Shown here in pieces: positions 9,845-21,049 of a stretch of 64,000 bases of DNA. Made by a program: the position numbers and the translations under genes. The notes below the pieces were generated by a model. That model was not told the origin of the DNA, made no database searches, and saw only the letters and a program-made list of their open reading frames with translations. Origin of the DNA: Myxococcota bacterium (GTDB lineage: Bacteria; Myxococcota_A; UBA9042; PHBI01; JAWLBL01); assembly GCA_041687695.1 (NCBI GenBank), contig JAWLBL010000001.1, positions 387,461 to 451,460 on the forward strand, given 5' to 3'. The first letter of the stretch is position 1. The number at the start of each line of letters is the position of its first letter.

Positions 9845-11493
9845 ACCCCCTCGCCGCGGCCCTCGCGGCCACCATCGCCCTCGCGGCCACCACGCCCGCC
9901 GCCGCCCAGCCGCGCGTCTCCGTCACGGCGACCACGCCGTGGGCCAACGACGGCGGCTACACCCCGGTGGTCGTCCGCGGGCACGCCCCCGGCGCCTCCA
10001 GCCTGACCCTGAAGGCCAGCTGCTCGGTCATCTCGGCCGAGGCGACCGTGGCCCCCGCCGCCGACGGGACCTTCGTCGCGACCGTCGCGCTGCCGCCCGT
10101 CACGCGCATGGGCGGGACCTGCTACGCGCCTCGGGTCGACTGGCGCGCCGACGACGGCCGCTCGGGATCGGCGCACGCGCAGGTGATCATCGCGCTCAAC
10201 GGCGCCGGGATCGCCCTGGTCGACCCCGCCGGGTCGCTGCCCCCCGTGAGCCGCTGGCGCGTGCACGTCGACGTGAAGACGGTCGAGCCCGGCGACCTCC
10301 CCGACCGCTGGCAGACCTACCCTCAGTGGCTCCCGTTGATGCTGACCCCCGAGGCCCAGGCCCGCCTGAGCGAAGCGCAGCGCCACGCGATCGCCACCTG
10401 GACCCAGAGCGGCGGCCGCCTGCTGGTCACGACCGCGGCCCAGACCGCCGAGTGGGAGGCGCGCGCGGGCGCGGCCGTCGCGATCCGCCTCGACGGGACC
10501 GAAGAGGTCGGCTTCGTGGACGACCGCCTGCCCGGGGTCCCCACCGACGTCGCCGCGCCGACCGACGTCGCCTTCGGGCGCGTCGTCGACGAGGTCTTGG
10601 CCCGCCGCTACTGGGGCCCCATCAGCTGGCCAGTCCCAGGCACCGAGGACATCCCGGTCGACGGGTTCCTGCTGCTGGTCATCGCCTTCGCCCTGGTCGC
10701 CGGCCCGCTCAACCTGTGGTGGGTCATCCGCCGCCGCCGCCAGCGCGCCGCCTTCCTGTGGACCACACCCGCCCTCAGCGCCGCCACCTGCGTGGCCCTC
10801 ATCGCCTTCAACCTGGTCAGCGAGGGCGTGACCACCCGCCGCGTCCACAACGAGCTGACCTTCATCGACGTCGCCCACCACCGGGCCTTCTCCTGGCAAG
10901 CGATGAGCTTCTTCGCCCCCTTCGGCGAGCCCTCCTGGCAGCTCGGCCTCGACGACCAGGTCCTGCCCCTCGACCCCGACCACCGCCACGACGACTGGCG
11001 CTGGGACGTCGAGCCCGACCCCCTGCAGCTCGCCTGGCGCCCGGACGCCCAGCTCGCCACCGGCGCCTGGGTCCCCGCCCGCAAGACCCGCCAGCTGGTC
11101 GTCGCCGCCCCGCGCCCCGAGCGCCAGCGCCTCCTCGTGCGCCCCGACGGCGCCGCCTACCGCCTCACCAACGGCCTCGACCGCACCCTGGTCTGGGTCG
11201 CCTGGTTCGACGGCCGGGGCCAACCCTGGGTCGCCCGCCAGGTCGCCCCGGGCGCCGAGGTCACCCTCGAGCGATCGACCCGCGATCTGGTCCTGGACGA
11301 CGCCGAGCACCCACCCGACCTCTTCGGCGCCGCCGCCCGCGGCCAGTATTACGCCAGCCAGGCCCCCCACCACTTCCGCGCCCAGCTCGACGGCCCCCTC
11401 GCCGCCGCCCCCGGCCCCGACGCCGACGACGTCACCGCGCCGCGCGCCTGGGCCTTCGGCCGCCTCGCCCCCGACGCCGCAGGTGCCCCGTGA
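9841..11493 (+). CDS. Exported/membrane hypothetical protein of MoxR-ABC operon
   Basis: Signal peptide, W..SGG.LL segment, two central TM helices (FALVAGPLNLWW...WTTPALS); ATGA overlap with moxR. Confidence 0.75.
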
Positions 11494-12458
11494 CCACGCC
11501 CCTCGTCCAGGTCCACCAGCTCACGCGCCACTTCGGCCAGGTCCGCGCCGTCGAGGACGTCTCCTTCAGCTTCGGCGAGGGCCAGATCTTCGGCTTCATC
11601 GGCCCCAACGGCGCCGGCAAGTCCACCACCATGCGCATCCTCGCCGGGCTCGACATCCCGACCCGCGGCGACTGCACCGTCGCGGGCCTCAGCACCGTCG
11701 ACGACTCCGACAAGGTCCGGCGCCTCATCGGCTACATGCCCGACGCCTACGGCACCTACCCGAACATGGACGTCGTCGACTACCTCGACTTCTTCGCCCG
11801 CGCCTACGGCCTCCGCGGCCCCGCTCGCCGCCGCGCCGTCCAGGACGTCGTCGCCTTCTGCCAGCTCGGGGGCCTCGCCGACAAACCCATCACCACCCTG
11901 TCCAAGGGCATGAAGCAGCGCCTGTGCCTGGGCCGCTGCCTCATCCACGACCCGCCGGTGCTCATCCTCGACGAGCCCTCGGCCGGCCTCGACCCGCGCG
12001 CCCGCATCGAGTTCCGCGAGCTGCTCAAGCTCCTCGCCGCCCAGGGCAAGGCCATCTTCATCTCCAGCCACATCCTGGCCGATCTGCAGGAGCTGTGCGA
12101 CGCCGTCGCCATCATCGAGCAGGGCCGCCTGGTCGCCACCGGCGCCGTCGCCGACATGAAGCAGGCCGCCCGCTCGGCCCGGCGCGAGGCCCGCCCCGAC
12201 GCCGACGTCCACGTCCTCGAGCTGCGCCTGTCCGCCCCCTTCGAGCGCCTGCCCGAGCTGCTGGCCGAGCAGGCCGAGCTCTCGGACGCCCTGACCTCGG
12301 CCACCCAGGCCACCGCCCGCTTCGCCGGCGACGACGCCCAGCTCGCGGCCCTGCTGCGCCGCCTGGTCCAGGCCGGCGTCCCCGTCTGCCACTTCGCCAC
12401 CCGCGACGACAACCTCGAGGACCTCTTCATGCACCTCACCGAGGGGCGCGTCCAATGA
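11490..12458 (+). CDS. ABC transporter ATP-binding protein (ABC-2/exporter type)
   Basis: GPNGAGKST Walker A, LSKGMKQR signature, ILDEP Walker B, ISSHIL H-loop; GTGA overlap. Confidence 0.95.
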   Translation: MTTPLVQVHQLTRHFGQVRAVEDVSFSFGEGQIFGFIGPNGAGKSTTMRILAGLDIPTRGDCTVAGLSTVDDSDKVRRLIGYMPDAYGTYPNMDVVDYLDFFARAYGLRGPARRRAVQDVVAFCQLGGLADKPITTLSKGMKQRLCLGRCLIHDPPVLILDEPSAGLDPRARIEFRELLKLLAAQGKAIFISSHILADLQELCDAVAIIEQGRLVATGAVADMKQAARSARREARPDADVHVLELRLSAPFERLPELLAEQAELSDALTSATQATARFAGDDAQLAALLRRLVQAGVPVCHFATRDDNLEDLFMHLTEGRVQ

Positions 12459-14017
12459 GCCTCAGCCCGCCCGAAGCCGCCCCCCTCTCGCCCCCGCCCT
12501 CCCCGCCTGAGGGCGCGCCGCCCCGCCGCGCCGCCCTGCGCGACCTGGCCCACGCGCTGGCCGACCGCGCCAACCCCGTGCTGGTCCGCTTCGTCCGCCA
12601 GCAGCTCAAGAGCCGCGCCTTCCTCCTCCTCTACGTCGTCACCCTCCTCGCGGCGACCCTCTTCAGCCTCTCCCTCGGCTCGCGGTCCGCCCAGATGGCC
12701 GAGGGCGACGCCGCCCTGAACCTCCTCGGCGCCCTCGCCGCCGTCTGGAGCCTCGCCGTCTGGGTCTTCGAGCCCATCAGCGTCTACCGCGCCGTCACCG
12801 CCGAGCGCGAGGACGCCACCTGGGATCTGGTCGAGCTGACCGGCATGCGCCCGCGGGTCGTCCTGAGCGGCCTCCTCCAGGCCGCCGCCGTCCACTCGGC
12901 CCTGTACGCCGCCGCCATCGCCCCCTTCGTCCTGATGGCCTACCTCCTGCGCGGCGTCGACCTCGCCACCCTCATCACCCTGCTCACCTACGTCCCCCTG
13001 GTCGGCCTCGCCGGCGTCGCCACCGGCATCTTCGCCGGCTGCGTCGGCACCACCCGCGCCGTCCGCAGCCTCACCAGCGTCGTGCTGACCCTGGGCTGCG
13101 TCGGCGTCTGGCTGACCCACATGAACCTGTGGGGCGACTTCGACGACTTCGCCCGCGGCGTCCAGCGCCTGCTCCACGGCCCGCTGCCGCTCGCCATCAC
13201 CGGCATGTACTTCAACTTCTTCGCCGCCTGGATCCTGCTCATGCTCAGCCTCTCGGCGGGCCTCATCACCTCGCGGGTCGCCAACCGCTCCACCCTGCCG
13301 CGCCTGGTCTGGATGCTGCTCAGCCTCAACGCCATCGGCTGGCTGGTCGCCCTGGGCCTCATCGGCGGCGAGCTCGAGGCCACCCTGACCGTCGCCGCGG
13401 TCTGCGGCGCCGTCGCCACCCCGCTGCTAGGCCTGTTCTCCGTCACCGAGGACTGGACCCTCACGCCCCGCCAGGCCCGCGACCTCCGCTCCGCGCGCCC
13501 CTGGGTCCGCCCCTTCATGGTGGTCCTCGGCCCCGGCGCCGCCCGCGGCCGCCTGGCGTTCCTGGCGATGGCCGCCGTCACCATCGGCCTCGCCCTGTGG
13601 GCGCTGGCCAACCACCGCACCGACGAACCCGCCCTCTTCGCCCTCAGCTTCCTCGCCCTGACCAGCTTGTACCTGCTGGTCGGCGACACCCTGGCCCGCG
13701 GCCCCTTCGCCCGCCTCTGCCCCACCGCCACCCACCGGCGCGCGCTCATCCTCGTGATGCTGGTCCTTGGCGCCATGCTGGTCGCCGTGCTCGGCGCGAT
13801 GAGCGCCTTCCAGGTCCAGGAGGTCGCCCTCATCGGCCCCTTCCCCGGCGCCTGGGTCATCGCCGAAGGCGTCGTGGCACCCACCTCGGTCATGGCCGTC
13901 CTGGCCGCCGGCGTCCTGGCCCTGACCATCCTGACCGCCCAGGCCCTGGGCCGCCTGCGCGTCACCACCCAGCAGGTCTTCGCGCGCGGCGACGACCGCA
14001 ACCCGCGGGCCGGGTGA
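12455..14017 (+). CDS. ABC-2-type permease / multi-pass membrane protein
   Basis: NPVLVRFVRQQLKSR N-terminus, AEREDATWDLVELTGMRP motif, about a dozen hydrophobic segments; ATGA overlap. Confidence 0.8.
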   Translation: MSLSPPEAAPLSPPPSPPEGAPPRRAALRDLAHALADRANPVLVRFVRQQLKSRAFLLLYVVTLLAATLFSLSLGSRSAQMAEGDAALNLLGALAAVWSLAVWVFEPISVYRAVTAEREDATWDLVELTGMRPRVVLSGLLQAAAVHSALYAAAIAPFVLMAYLLRGVDLATLITLLTYVPLVGLAGVATGIFAGCVGTTRAVRSLTSVVLTLGCVGVWLTHMNLWGDFDDFARGVQRLLHGPLPLAITGMYFNFFAAWILLMLSLSAGLITSRVANRSTLPRLVWMLLSLNAIGWLVALGLIGGELEATLTVAAVCGAVATPLLGLFSVTEDWTLTPRQARDLRSARPWVRPFMVVLGPGAARGRLAFLAMAAVTIGLALWALANHRTDEPALFALSFLALTSLYLLVGDTLARGPFARLCPTATHRRALILVMLVLGAMLVAVLGAMSAFQVQEVALIGPFPGAWVIAEGVVAPTSVMAVLAAGVLALTILTAQALGRLRVTTQQVFARGDDRNPRAG

Positions 14018-14023
14018 CCCGCC

Positions 14024-14887
14024 GTGGCCGCCCCCCGCTGGGACGACGCCGCCGCGCAGGCCCTCGCCGCCCGCCTGCGCCTGCACCCGGCCGGCCGCCG
14101 CCGCCGCCAGGACCCGGGCGCGCGCCTGGGCGCCGGCCCGGGCGCCAGCCTCGAGTTCCACGACCACCGCGACTACCTGCCCGGCGACGACCCGCGCCAC
14201 ATCGACTGGAACGTCCTCGCCCGCACCGGCTCGCTGGTCCTGCGCCGCCACCAGCAAGAGGTCAGCCCCCGCGTCGAGATCCTGCTGGACGCCAGCGCCA
14301 GCATGGCCGTGACCGACGCCAAGGCCGCCCTGGCGCTGGGGCTGGTGGCCCTGCTGACCCGCCTGGCCGAGGCCGAGGGCGCGCGCGTGCGCCTGTGGGC
14401 CCTCGCCGACGCCGCCCGCCGCCTGGGTGAGGGCGCCCGCGGCGCCTGGCTGCCCGCCCTGACCTCGCTGCGCTTCGAGGGCCGCGCCGGCCTCGAGCTG
14501 ACCCCCGGCCCGCCGCTGGCCAGCGGCAGCGAGCGCCTGGTGGTCTCGGACGGCCTGTGCCCCGGCGGCGCCGACGCCGTGGTCCGCCGGCTGGGCCGCG
14601 ACGCCGGCTCGCTGACCCTGGTGCAGGTCCTGACCGACCGCGAGCGCGACCCCACCCCGCTGGGCCCGGTGCGCCTCGAGGACGTCGAAGGCGGCGGCCT
14701 CGACGTGGTGCTCGACCAGGCCGCCTGCGACGCCTACAAGGGCCGCCTGGCCCGCCACCAGGACGGCTGGCGCCGCGCCCTGTCCGGCCGGGGCGCGGGG
14801 CTGGTCACCTGCTCGCCGGAAGCCGGCCTCGAGGCCGCCGCCCAGGCCCTGGTCGCCGCGGGCCTGCTCGAGGCGAGGCTGCGATGA
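14024..14887 (+). CDS. DUF58 family protein
   Basis: G.SLEFHDHRDYLPGDDPRHIDWNVLART and LLDASASM. Confidence 0.93.
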   Translation: MAAPRWDDAAAQALAARLRLHPAGRRRRQDPGARLGAGPGASLEFHDHRDYLPGDDPRHIDWNVLARTGSLVLRRHQQEVSPRVEILLDASASMAVTDAKAALALGLVALLTRLAEAEGARVRLWALADAARRLGEGARGAWLPALTSLRFEGRAGLELTPGPPLASGSERLVVSDGLCPGGADAVVRRLGRDAGSLTLVQVLTDRERDPTPLGPVRLEDVEGGGLDVVLDQAACDAYKGRLARHQDGWRRALSGRGAGLVTCSPEAGLEAAAQALVAAGLLEARLR

Positions 14888-16773
14888 GCGTGGGCGCCGT
14901 CGGCATGGGGGTCGTCTTCGGCCAACCCTGGGGCCTGCTCGCCCTGCTGGCCATCCCGGCCATCCTGGTCCTGCACCTGTTGCGCCGCCGCTTCCGGCCC
15001 ACCCCGGTCAGCGGCCTGTTCCTGTTCGGAGAGGTCACCCCCTCGCCGGCCTCCGGGCGCCGCCGCGAGCGCCTGCGCCGCACGCCCAGCCTGTGGCTCG
15101 AGCTGCTCGCCGCCCTGGCCGCCACCTTCTGGCTTGCGGACCCGCACACCGACACGCGCGAGGCCGCCCACCACGTCGTGGTGGTCCTGGACACCCGCGC
15201 CCGCCTGGACGCTCGCGCCCCCGACGGCCGCAGCGCCCGCGACCGCGCCGCCGCCGCCCTCGAGACCCGCATGGACGCCCTCGGCGCCGGCGACCGGGTG
15301 ACGCTGGTCCTCTCGGGCGCCCCGCCGCGCCTCCTCGCCGGCCCCGCCGCCCGCCCCGACCAGGCCCGCGCGGCCCTGTCGGGCTGGCGCGCCGACGCCC
15401 CCTGGCACCCGCTGGACGACGCGCTGACCCTGGCCCTGGATCTCGCCCGCGGCGGCCAGGGCGACGACGCGCCGGCCCAGGGCGTGGTGCTGCTGGCGAC
15501 CGACCACGTCCCCGCCCGCTTGCCCGACTCGGTGGGCCTGGTCGCCGCCGGCCAGCCCCTTCCTGCCTCGGGCCTGGCCGACGTCCGCTGGCTGCCCGCC
15601 TCGGCCCAGCACCCCGAGCGCCTGGTCGTCCGCGCCGCCGCCTTCGGCGCCCCCCGCGCCCGCACCCTGCTGGTGCAGGCCCCCGACGGCCGCGAGGTGG
15701 CCCGCCGCCCGCTGACGCTCTCGCCGGACCAGCCCGCCCACGCGGTCGTGGCCCTGGCCGCCCCGGGCGCCGCCTCGGATCTGGCCGGCCTGACGGTCCG
15801 CCTCGAGGGCGACGACCCGCTGGCCTTCGACGACGCCGCGCCGCTGCTGCCCCCGCCGCCGCGACAGGTCCGCGTCCACCTGGCCCCCGGCCTGCCCGGC
15901 GAGGCCGTGGTGCGCCGCATCGCGCAGGCCGTGGGCGACGTCCGCCTGACCTCGGCCGCCGAGGCCGATCTGATCGTCGGCGGCCCCGGCGCCGAAGCGC
16001 CCGCCCCGGGGATCTGGACCCTGGCGGTCACCCCGGGCCCCGCCCCGCCCGTCCTGGGCCCCTACCTGGCCACCCGCGGCCACCCGGTGCTGGCCGACCT
16101 CGACTTCACCGGCTGCGTGTGGGCGGGCGGCCTGCCGGCGGCCCAGGTCCCGGCCGGCGAGGAGCTCCTGCTGGCGGCCGGCGACGCGGTCCTGCTGACC
16201 CAGCGCCGCGCCGGCCGCGCTCTCCACCTGACCCTGCACCTGGATCTGCAGCGCTCGCTGCTGACCGAGCACCCCGCCCTGCCGGCCCTGTTCGCCAACC
16301 TGCTGGCCGCGCGCCGCGACGCGCTGCCCGGCCCCACCCGGGTCAACCTGCCGCTGGGCCAGCCGACCACCCTGGGGCTGCCCTTCGGCGCCGACGTCCT
16401 ACAGCTGACCCCGCCCGACGGCCCGCCGGTGGTGCTGCAGGCCGACCCCCAGGGCCGCGTCCTGCTGCAGGGCCTGAGCCGCCCCGGCCTGCACACCCTG
16501 CGCGCCGTGGGCCCGCTGGCGCCCGCCGACGCCAGCTGGCGGGTGCAGGGCCTGTTGCTGGACCCGCGCCTGGCGGATCTGTCCGAGGCCGCGACCGAGA
16601 CCCGCGAGCCGGCCACCGCGGCCCGGGCCCGGGTCGAGCGGCGCCGCGGCCCGCTGGGCCACCTGCTGCCCCTGGTGGCGCTGGCGCTCCTGGCGCTGGC
16701 CGCCGTCCGCGCCCACGCCCGCGAAGGCGGCGCTGCGCCCCGTCCCGCGCCCGCCGTCCGCGAGGCCGCCTGA
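14884..16773 (+). CDS. BatA-domain / VWA-like membrane protein
   Basis: FGQPWGLLALLAIPAILVLHLLRRR (BatA N-terminus), VVVVLDTRARL (degenerate MIDAS), C-terminal TM; ATGA overlap. Confidence 0.85.
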   Translation: MSVGAVGMGVVFGQPWGLLALLAIPAILVLHLLRRRFRPTPVSGLFLFGEVTPSPASGRRRERLRRTPSLWLELLAALAATFWLADPHTDTREAAHHVVVVLDTRARLDARAPDGRSARDRAAAALETRMDALGAGDRVTLVLSGAPPRLLAGPAARPDQARAALSGWRADAPWHPLDDALTLALDLARGGQGDDAPAQGVVLLATDHVPARLPDSVGLVAAGQPLPASGLADVRWLPASAQHPERLVVRAAAFGAPRARTLLVQAPDGREVARRPLTLSPDQPAHAVVALAAPGAASDLAGLTVRLEGDDPLAFDDAAPLLPPPPRQVRVHLAPGLPGEAVVRRIAQAVGDVRLTSAAEADLIVGGPGAEAPAPGIWTLAVTPGPAPPVLGPYLATRGHPVLADLDFTGCVWAGGLPAAQVPAGEELLLAAGDAVLLTQRRAGRALHLTLHLDLQRSLLTEHPALPALFANLLAARRDALPGPTRVNLPLGQPTTLGLPFGADVLQLTPPDGPPVVLQADPQGRVLLQGLSRPGLHTLRAVGPLAPADASWRVQGLLLDPRLADLSEAATETREPATAARARVERRRGPLGHLLPLVALALLALAAVRAHAREGGAAPRPAPAVREAA

Positions 16774-19529
16774 TGAGCACCTTCCTCTTGGCCTGGCCCG
16801 AGGCGGCCGCCCTGCTGGTCCCGGCCGCCCTGCTCTGGTGGCAGCTGGGCCGCCGCGGGCCCGGGCGCCTGATGCGCGCCGCGATGCTGGCCCTGCTGGT
16901 CGCCGCCGCCACCGGCCCCGAGCTGGCCTGGGACCGCGGCGGCAGCGACGTCGTGCTAGTGCTGGACCGCTCGGCCTCGATGGGCGAGGCCCGCGCCGCC
17001 CAGGACGAGCTGGTCCAGCTGGCCGCCGACGCGCGGCGCAGCGGCGACCGCCTGGGCGTGGTGGTCTTCGGCGACGGCGCCGGGGTCGCCCAGGCCCCGC
17101 AGGCCACCGGCCGTCCGCGCCTGACCGACCGCCCCGTGGGCGACTCGGGCAGCGATCTGGTCGACGCGCTGGCGCTGGCGGACGCGCTCATCGCCCCCGG
17201 CCGCAGCGGCCGCGTCCTGGTCCACAGCGACGGCGAGCTGACCGGCCCCAGCCCGCAGGGGGCTGCCGCGGCCCTGGCCCTGCGCGGGGTGCCGGTCGAC
17301 GCGCTGCCGGTGGCGCGTCCGCCTCTGCCCGACGCGGGGGTCGCGCGCATCGAGCTGCCGGCCTCGCTGGCGCTGGGCGAGAGCTTCATGGCCGCGGCGG
17401 TGGTGGTCGGCGACGCGGTCGAGCGGCGCGGCTGGCAGGTGGTCCGCCACGACGAACGGGGCGCGCACGTCGTCGCCCGCGGGCAGGTCGAGCTGGGGCC
17501 GGGGCTCGAGGTGGCGGTGACCTTCGCCGACCGGCCGGCGGCGCCGGGCGTGGTGACCTACGAGGTGACGCTGGAGGGGCAGGACCGGGTCCCCGGCAAC
17601 GACGTGGGGCGGGCGGCGCTGCGGGTGACCGGCGGCGAGCGGGTCCTGGTGATGGGCGGCGACGGCTCGGCGGGCAACCTGGCGCGCGCGGTGCAGGCCG
17701 CCGGCTTCGAGGTCGTCACGCGCCCCGAGGGGCCGGTGACGCTGGAAGAGCTGCTGGGGTACCGGGCGCTGGTGCTCGAGCAGGTCCCGGCCGACCGGCT
17801 GGGGCTGCCGGCGATGACCGCCATCGGGCAGTGGGTGCGTCACTTCGGCGGCGGGCTGGTGCTGACCGGTGGGCGGCGCGGCTTCGGCGCGGGCGGCTAC
17901 CACAAGAGCCCCATCGAGGAGGTGCTGCCGGTCACGCTGGAGCTGCGCGACGAGCACCGGCAGATGGCGGTCGCGATGGCGCTGACGCTGGACCGCTCGG
18001 GGTCGATGGCGGCCACGACCGACGACGGGCGGACCAAGATGGACCTGGCCAACGCGGGGGTGGCGGCCGCCATCGAGCTGCTGGGCCCGCACGACGAGGT
18101 GGCGGTGCACGCGGTCGACACACGCGCCCACGTTGTCGTGCCGCTGACGGCCGCCAGCGACACTGCCAGCCTGGTCGGGGCGGTCGCGGGCATCCGCTCC
18201 GAGGGCGGCGGCATCTACGTGTACGAGGCGCTGGTCGAGGCCGGCAAGGAGCTGCTGCGCTCGGACAAGGGCACGCGCCACCTGGTGCTGTTCGCGGACG
18301 CGGCCGACGCCGAGGAGCCGGGCGACTACCGTCGGCTGCTGGACGAGTACCGGGCCGCGGGCATCACCGTGTCGGTCATCGGGCTGGGCAGCGAGGCCGA
18401 CCCTGACGCGGCGCTGCTGGCCGACATCGCGCAGCGCGGCGGCGGCCGCCTCAGCTTCACCAGCCGCGCCGAGGACCTGCCGCGGGTGTTCGCGCAGGAG
18501 ACGGTCCTGGTGGCCCGCAGCGCCTGGGTCGACGCGCCGGTGACCCTGGTGCGCGAGCCGGCCCTGACGGCCCTGCTCGGCCCCAGCGAGGCGCTCGGCG
18601 GCCCCTGGCCCAGCGTGCCCGGCTACAACCTGACCTACGCCCGCCCGCGCGCGACCGTGCTGGCCACCGCCCCGGGCGACCCGACCGGCCCGGCGGTCGC
18701 CGCCTGGCGCGTCGGCACCGGCCACGCGGTCGCCCTGGCCTTCGATCTGGACGACCCCAAGGCGCCCGGGCTGCTGGCCTGGCCCGGCTACGCCCCGCTG
18801 GTCTCCAGCCTGGTCCGCTGGGCCAGCGGCGCGGGCCAGAGCGCCCTGGGGACCCTGTCCGCCGAGCGCGCCGGCCGCCACGTCACCCTGCGGCTCGAGC
18901 TGGACCCGGACGCGCACCGCGCCTGGCCGGTCGCCGCCCCGCAGGTCGCCCTGGCCCGCCCGGGCCAACTGGGGGACCCGGCGCTGCTGCCCCTGCAGCC
19001 GGTCGACGCCGGCCGCTACGAGGCGACCTTCCGCCTCGCCGACGACCAGCCGGTCCTGCCCTCGGCCATCCTGACGCCCGCCGACGCCCCCGATCGACCG
19101 GTCGCCATCCACGGCCCGGCCCTGCGCCTGGCCACCTCGCCCGAGACCGAGCCCCGCCTGGGCCGCCCCCCCGGCGCCCAGGCCCTGGCGCGGCTGACCC
19201 AGGCCACCCGCGGCGCCGTCCGCGCCGATCTGCACGGCCTGTACGACAACCCGCCCAGCCGCGGCACCCTGGCCCCGCTGGCCCCCTGGCTGGTGGCCCT
19301 GGCCCTGGCGCTGCTCCTGCTCGAGATCGCCACCCGCCGCATGGACCTGCGCTGGCGCCGTCCCCGACGCGCCGCCCCCCGCCCCGAGCCGCTCCGCGCG
19401 CCCAGGGCGACCCCGGCGCCGGCCGCCGAGGCCCCGACCCCGACCTCGCCCACGCAGCCGCCCCCTCCTCAGCCCACCCAGGGCCTGCACGAGGCCCTGC
19501 GCGAGCTGCAAAAGCGCGGCCGTCGCTAG
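16773..19529 (+). CDS. Large membrane protein with two VWA domains and a glutamine-amidotransferase-like domain
   Basis: [10 protein letters not shown] and [14 protein letters not shown] motifs; [33 protein letters not shown]-terminal TM; TGATG overlap. Confidence 0.88.
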   Translation: MSTFLLAWPEAAALLVPAALLWWQLGRRGPGRLMRAAMLALLVAAATGPELAWDRGGSDVVLVLDRSASMGEARAAQDELVQLAADARRSGDRLGVVVFGDGAGVAQAPQATGRPRLTDRPVGDSGSDLVDALALADALIAPGRSGRVLVHSDGELTGPSPQGAAAALALRGVPVDALPVARPPLPDAGVARIELPASLALGESFMAAAVVVGDAVERRGWQVVRHDERGAHVVARGQVELGPGLEVAVTFADRPAAPGVVTYEVTLEGQDRVPGNDVGRAALRVTGGERVLVMGGDGSAGNLARAVQAAGFEVVTRPEGPVTLEELLGYRALVLEQVPADRLGLPAMTAIGQWVRHFGGGLVLTGGRRGFGAGGYHKSPIEEVLPVTLELRDEHRQMAVAMALTLDRSGSMAATTDDGRTKMDLANAGVAAAIELLGPHDEVAVHAVDTRAHVVVPLTAASDTASLVGAVAGIRSEGGGIYVYEALVEAGKELLRSDKGTRHLVLFADAADAEEPGDYRRLLDEYRAAGITVSVIGLGSEADPDAALLADIAQRGGGRLSFTSRAEDLPRVFAQETVLVARSAWVDAPVTLVREPALTALLGPSEALGGPWPSVPGYNLTYARPRATVLATAPGDPTGPAVAAWRVGTGHAVALAFDLDDPKAPGLLAWPGYAPLVSSLVRWASGAGQSALGTLSAERAGRHVTLRLELDPDAHRAWPVAAPQVALARPGQLGDPALLPLQPVDAGRYEATFRLADDQPVLPSAILTPADAPDRPVAIHGPALRLATSPETEPRLGRPPGAQALARLTQATRGAVRADLHGLYDNPPSRGTLAPLAPWLVALALALLLLEIATRRMDLRWRRPRRAAPRPEPLRAPRATPAPAAEAPTPTSPTQPPPPQPTQGLHEALRELQKRGRR

Positions 19530-19645
19530 GGGCTCTAATCCCGCTGCCACCGCACGGGTTCGAAGGAGGCGCCGCAATCCCATAGCGCAGGCGTGGCCTG
19601 CGCGGTCCACAGCCGCCTGCGGCGGCGGAACGAAGCGCCCTCCGC

Positions 19646-20093
19646 CCTGGGACCGCCGGCTTCCAGAGGGTGTCGTATCGATGCCGGCGGAGGCGGCCTT
19701 GGAGTGCTCCGGCTTGCCGGAGCCCCGGCCCCGGCTTGCCGCCGGGATCTGGCCGCCAAACCCGGCGCAGCAAGCTGCGCCGAATGGGGGCTCCACCAAG
19801 GTGGAGCACTCCGGTTGGGCTTTTGCGACACCCTCTTCCTACCGGCCCGGCAGCTCGTCCAGCCGCCGACTCCGGCCCTCCTGGGACCGCCGGCTTCCAG
19901 AGGGCGTCGTATTGATGCCGGCGGAGGCGGCCTTGGAGTGCTCCGGCTTGCCGGAGCCCCGGCCCCGGCGGCTTGCCGCCGGGATCTGGCCGCCAAACCC
20001 GGCGCAGCAAGCTGCGCCGAATGGGGGCTCCACCAAGGTGGAGCACTCCGGTTGGGCTTTTGCGACACCCTCTTCCTACCCGCCCGGCAGCTC
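19646..20093. repeat. Two tandem ~210-bp copies (period ~234 bp) of a REPIN/MITE-like palindromic element
   Basis: 19646-19856 and 19880-20093 nearly identical; each holds inverted REP-like units GGAGTGCTCCGGCTTGCCGGAGC and GCTCCACCAAGGTGGAGCACTCC; copy 1 core bounded by 11-bp IR AGAGGGTGTCG (19665-19675) / CGACACCCTCT (19826-19836). Confidence 0.9.
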
Positions 20094-20114
20094 CGACCCA
20101 CCCGACCGACCGCC

Positions 20115-20894
20115 TCAACCGCCCGGCGCCTCATCGTGCGCCGCAACATGGGGCAGGAAGATGGCCAGCCGCAGCGTCCGCAGACCCACCGCCGCGGGGG
20201 TGCCGAGGCTCGTGGTCACCCCGTCGAAGGCCAGCACGCGGTCGCCCACCCGCAGCGCGATGCGGGTCATCAACGGCGGGCGGCGCCGGCGATCGAGCGC
20301 CTCGAGCGCGTCGGCGTGGCGGGCGGACAGCTCGGCCCACAGGGTCTGCAGGTGGGGCTCGGGCGCGCCGTGGCCGCGCAGCATGGCGTCGCGGACGCGG
20401 CGCAGGTACAGCGCCGTCAGCGGGTCGCCGCCGTCGAAGTGGGGCGCGAGGCGGGCCAGCAGGCGGTGACCGGAGCTGGGCACCCCCAGCAGCGGATCGA
20501 GCGACCCCACCAGGGGCTCGGTGAGCGCGCGGAAGGCGCCGTTGACCGCGTGCAGGGTGCCGAGCACGTCGTGGACCGCGGCCGGACGCGGCTCGAGGCC
20601 GGCCATGAGCGCGTCCAGATCGCGGCGCAGCTCGGCCAGCAGCTCGGGGTCGGGCGGCGGCTCCCCGGCGTCGGGCAGGTAACCGGCCGCCTCGAGGAAG
20701 GCCGCGCGCTCGGGCGCGGGGACGTCGAGCGCCTGGGCCAGCCACAGGACGGCGTCGCGGCTGGGCTGGGCCTTGCCGTTCTCGATGAAGTTCAGGTGGC
20801 GCGTCGACACGCCGGCGCGCTCGGACAGCTCGAACTGCGACATCCCCCGGATCGTGCGCCAGTGCTCGAGCAGCGCTCCGATTCGCACTTTCAT
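20115..20894 (-). CDS. XRE-family HTH regulator with MmyB-like ligand-binding domain
   Basis: IGALLEHWRTIRGMSQFELSERAGVSTRHLNFIENGKAQPSR..VL.LA.AL.VP..ER..FLEAAGY; EPRPAAVHD; TTSLGTP. GGAGG SD before ATG 20894. Confidence 0.9.
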   Translation of the reverse strand: MKVRIGALLEHWRTIRGMSQFELSERAGVSTRHLNFIENGKAQPSRDAVLWLAQALDVPAPERAAFLEAAGYLPDAGEPPPDPELLAELRRDLDALMAGLEPRPAAVHDVLGTLHAVNGAFRALTEPLVGSLDPLLGVPSSGHRLLARLAPHFDGGDPLTALYLRRVRDAMLRGHGAPEPHLQTLWAELSARHADALEALDRRRRPPLMTRIALRVGDRVLAFDGVTTSLGTPAAVGLRTLRLAIFLPHVAAHDEAPGG

Positions 20895-20997
20895 GGTGAA
20901 CCTCCGCAGAGCCGGGATCGTACTGCGCCGCAGAGCAAGCCACCAGCCCACCGGCGCGCGTCGACCCACGGGCTCCCGCACCCAGCCGTCGCGCGAC

Positions 20998-21014
20998 ATG
21001 ACCTCCGAGGTCAT
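20998..21014. promoter_or_regulatory. Perfect palindrome ATGACCTC-C-GAGGTCAT, likely operator of the XRE/MmyB regulator
   Basis: 8-bp arms with 1-nt spacer, in the divergent intergenic region 36 bp upstream of ATG 21050. Confidence 0.65.
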
Positions 21015-21049
21015 TTCGGGGCGCGACGGCCCCGGCTACGGTCGTCACC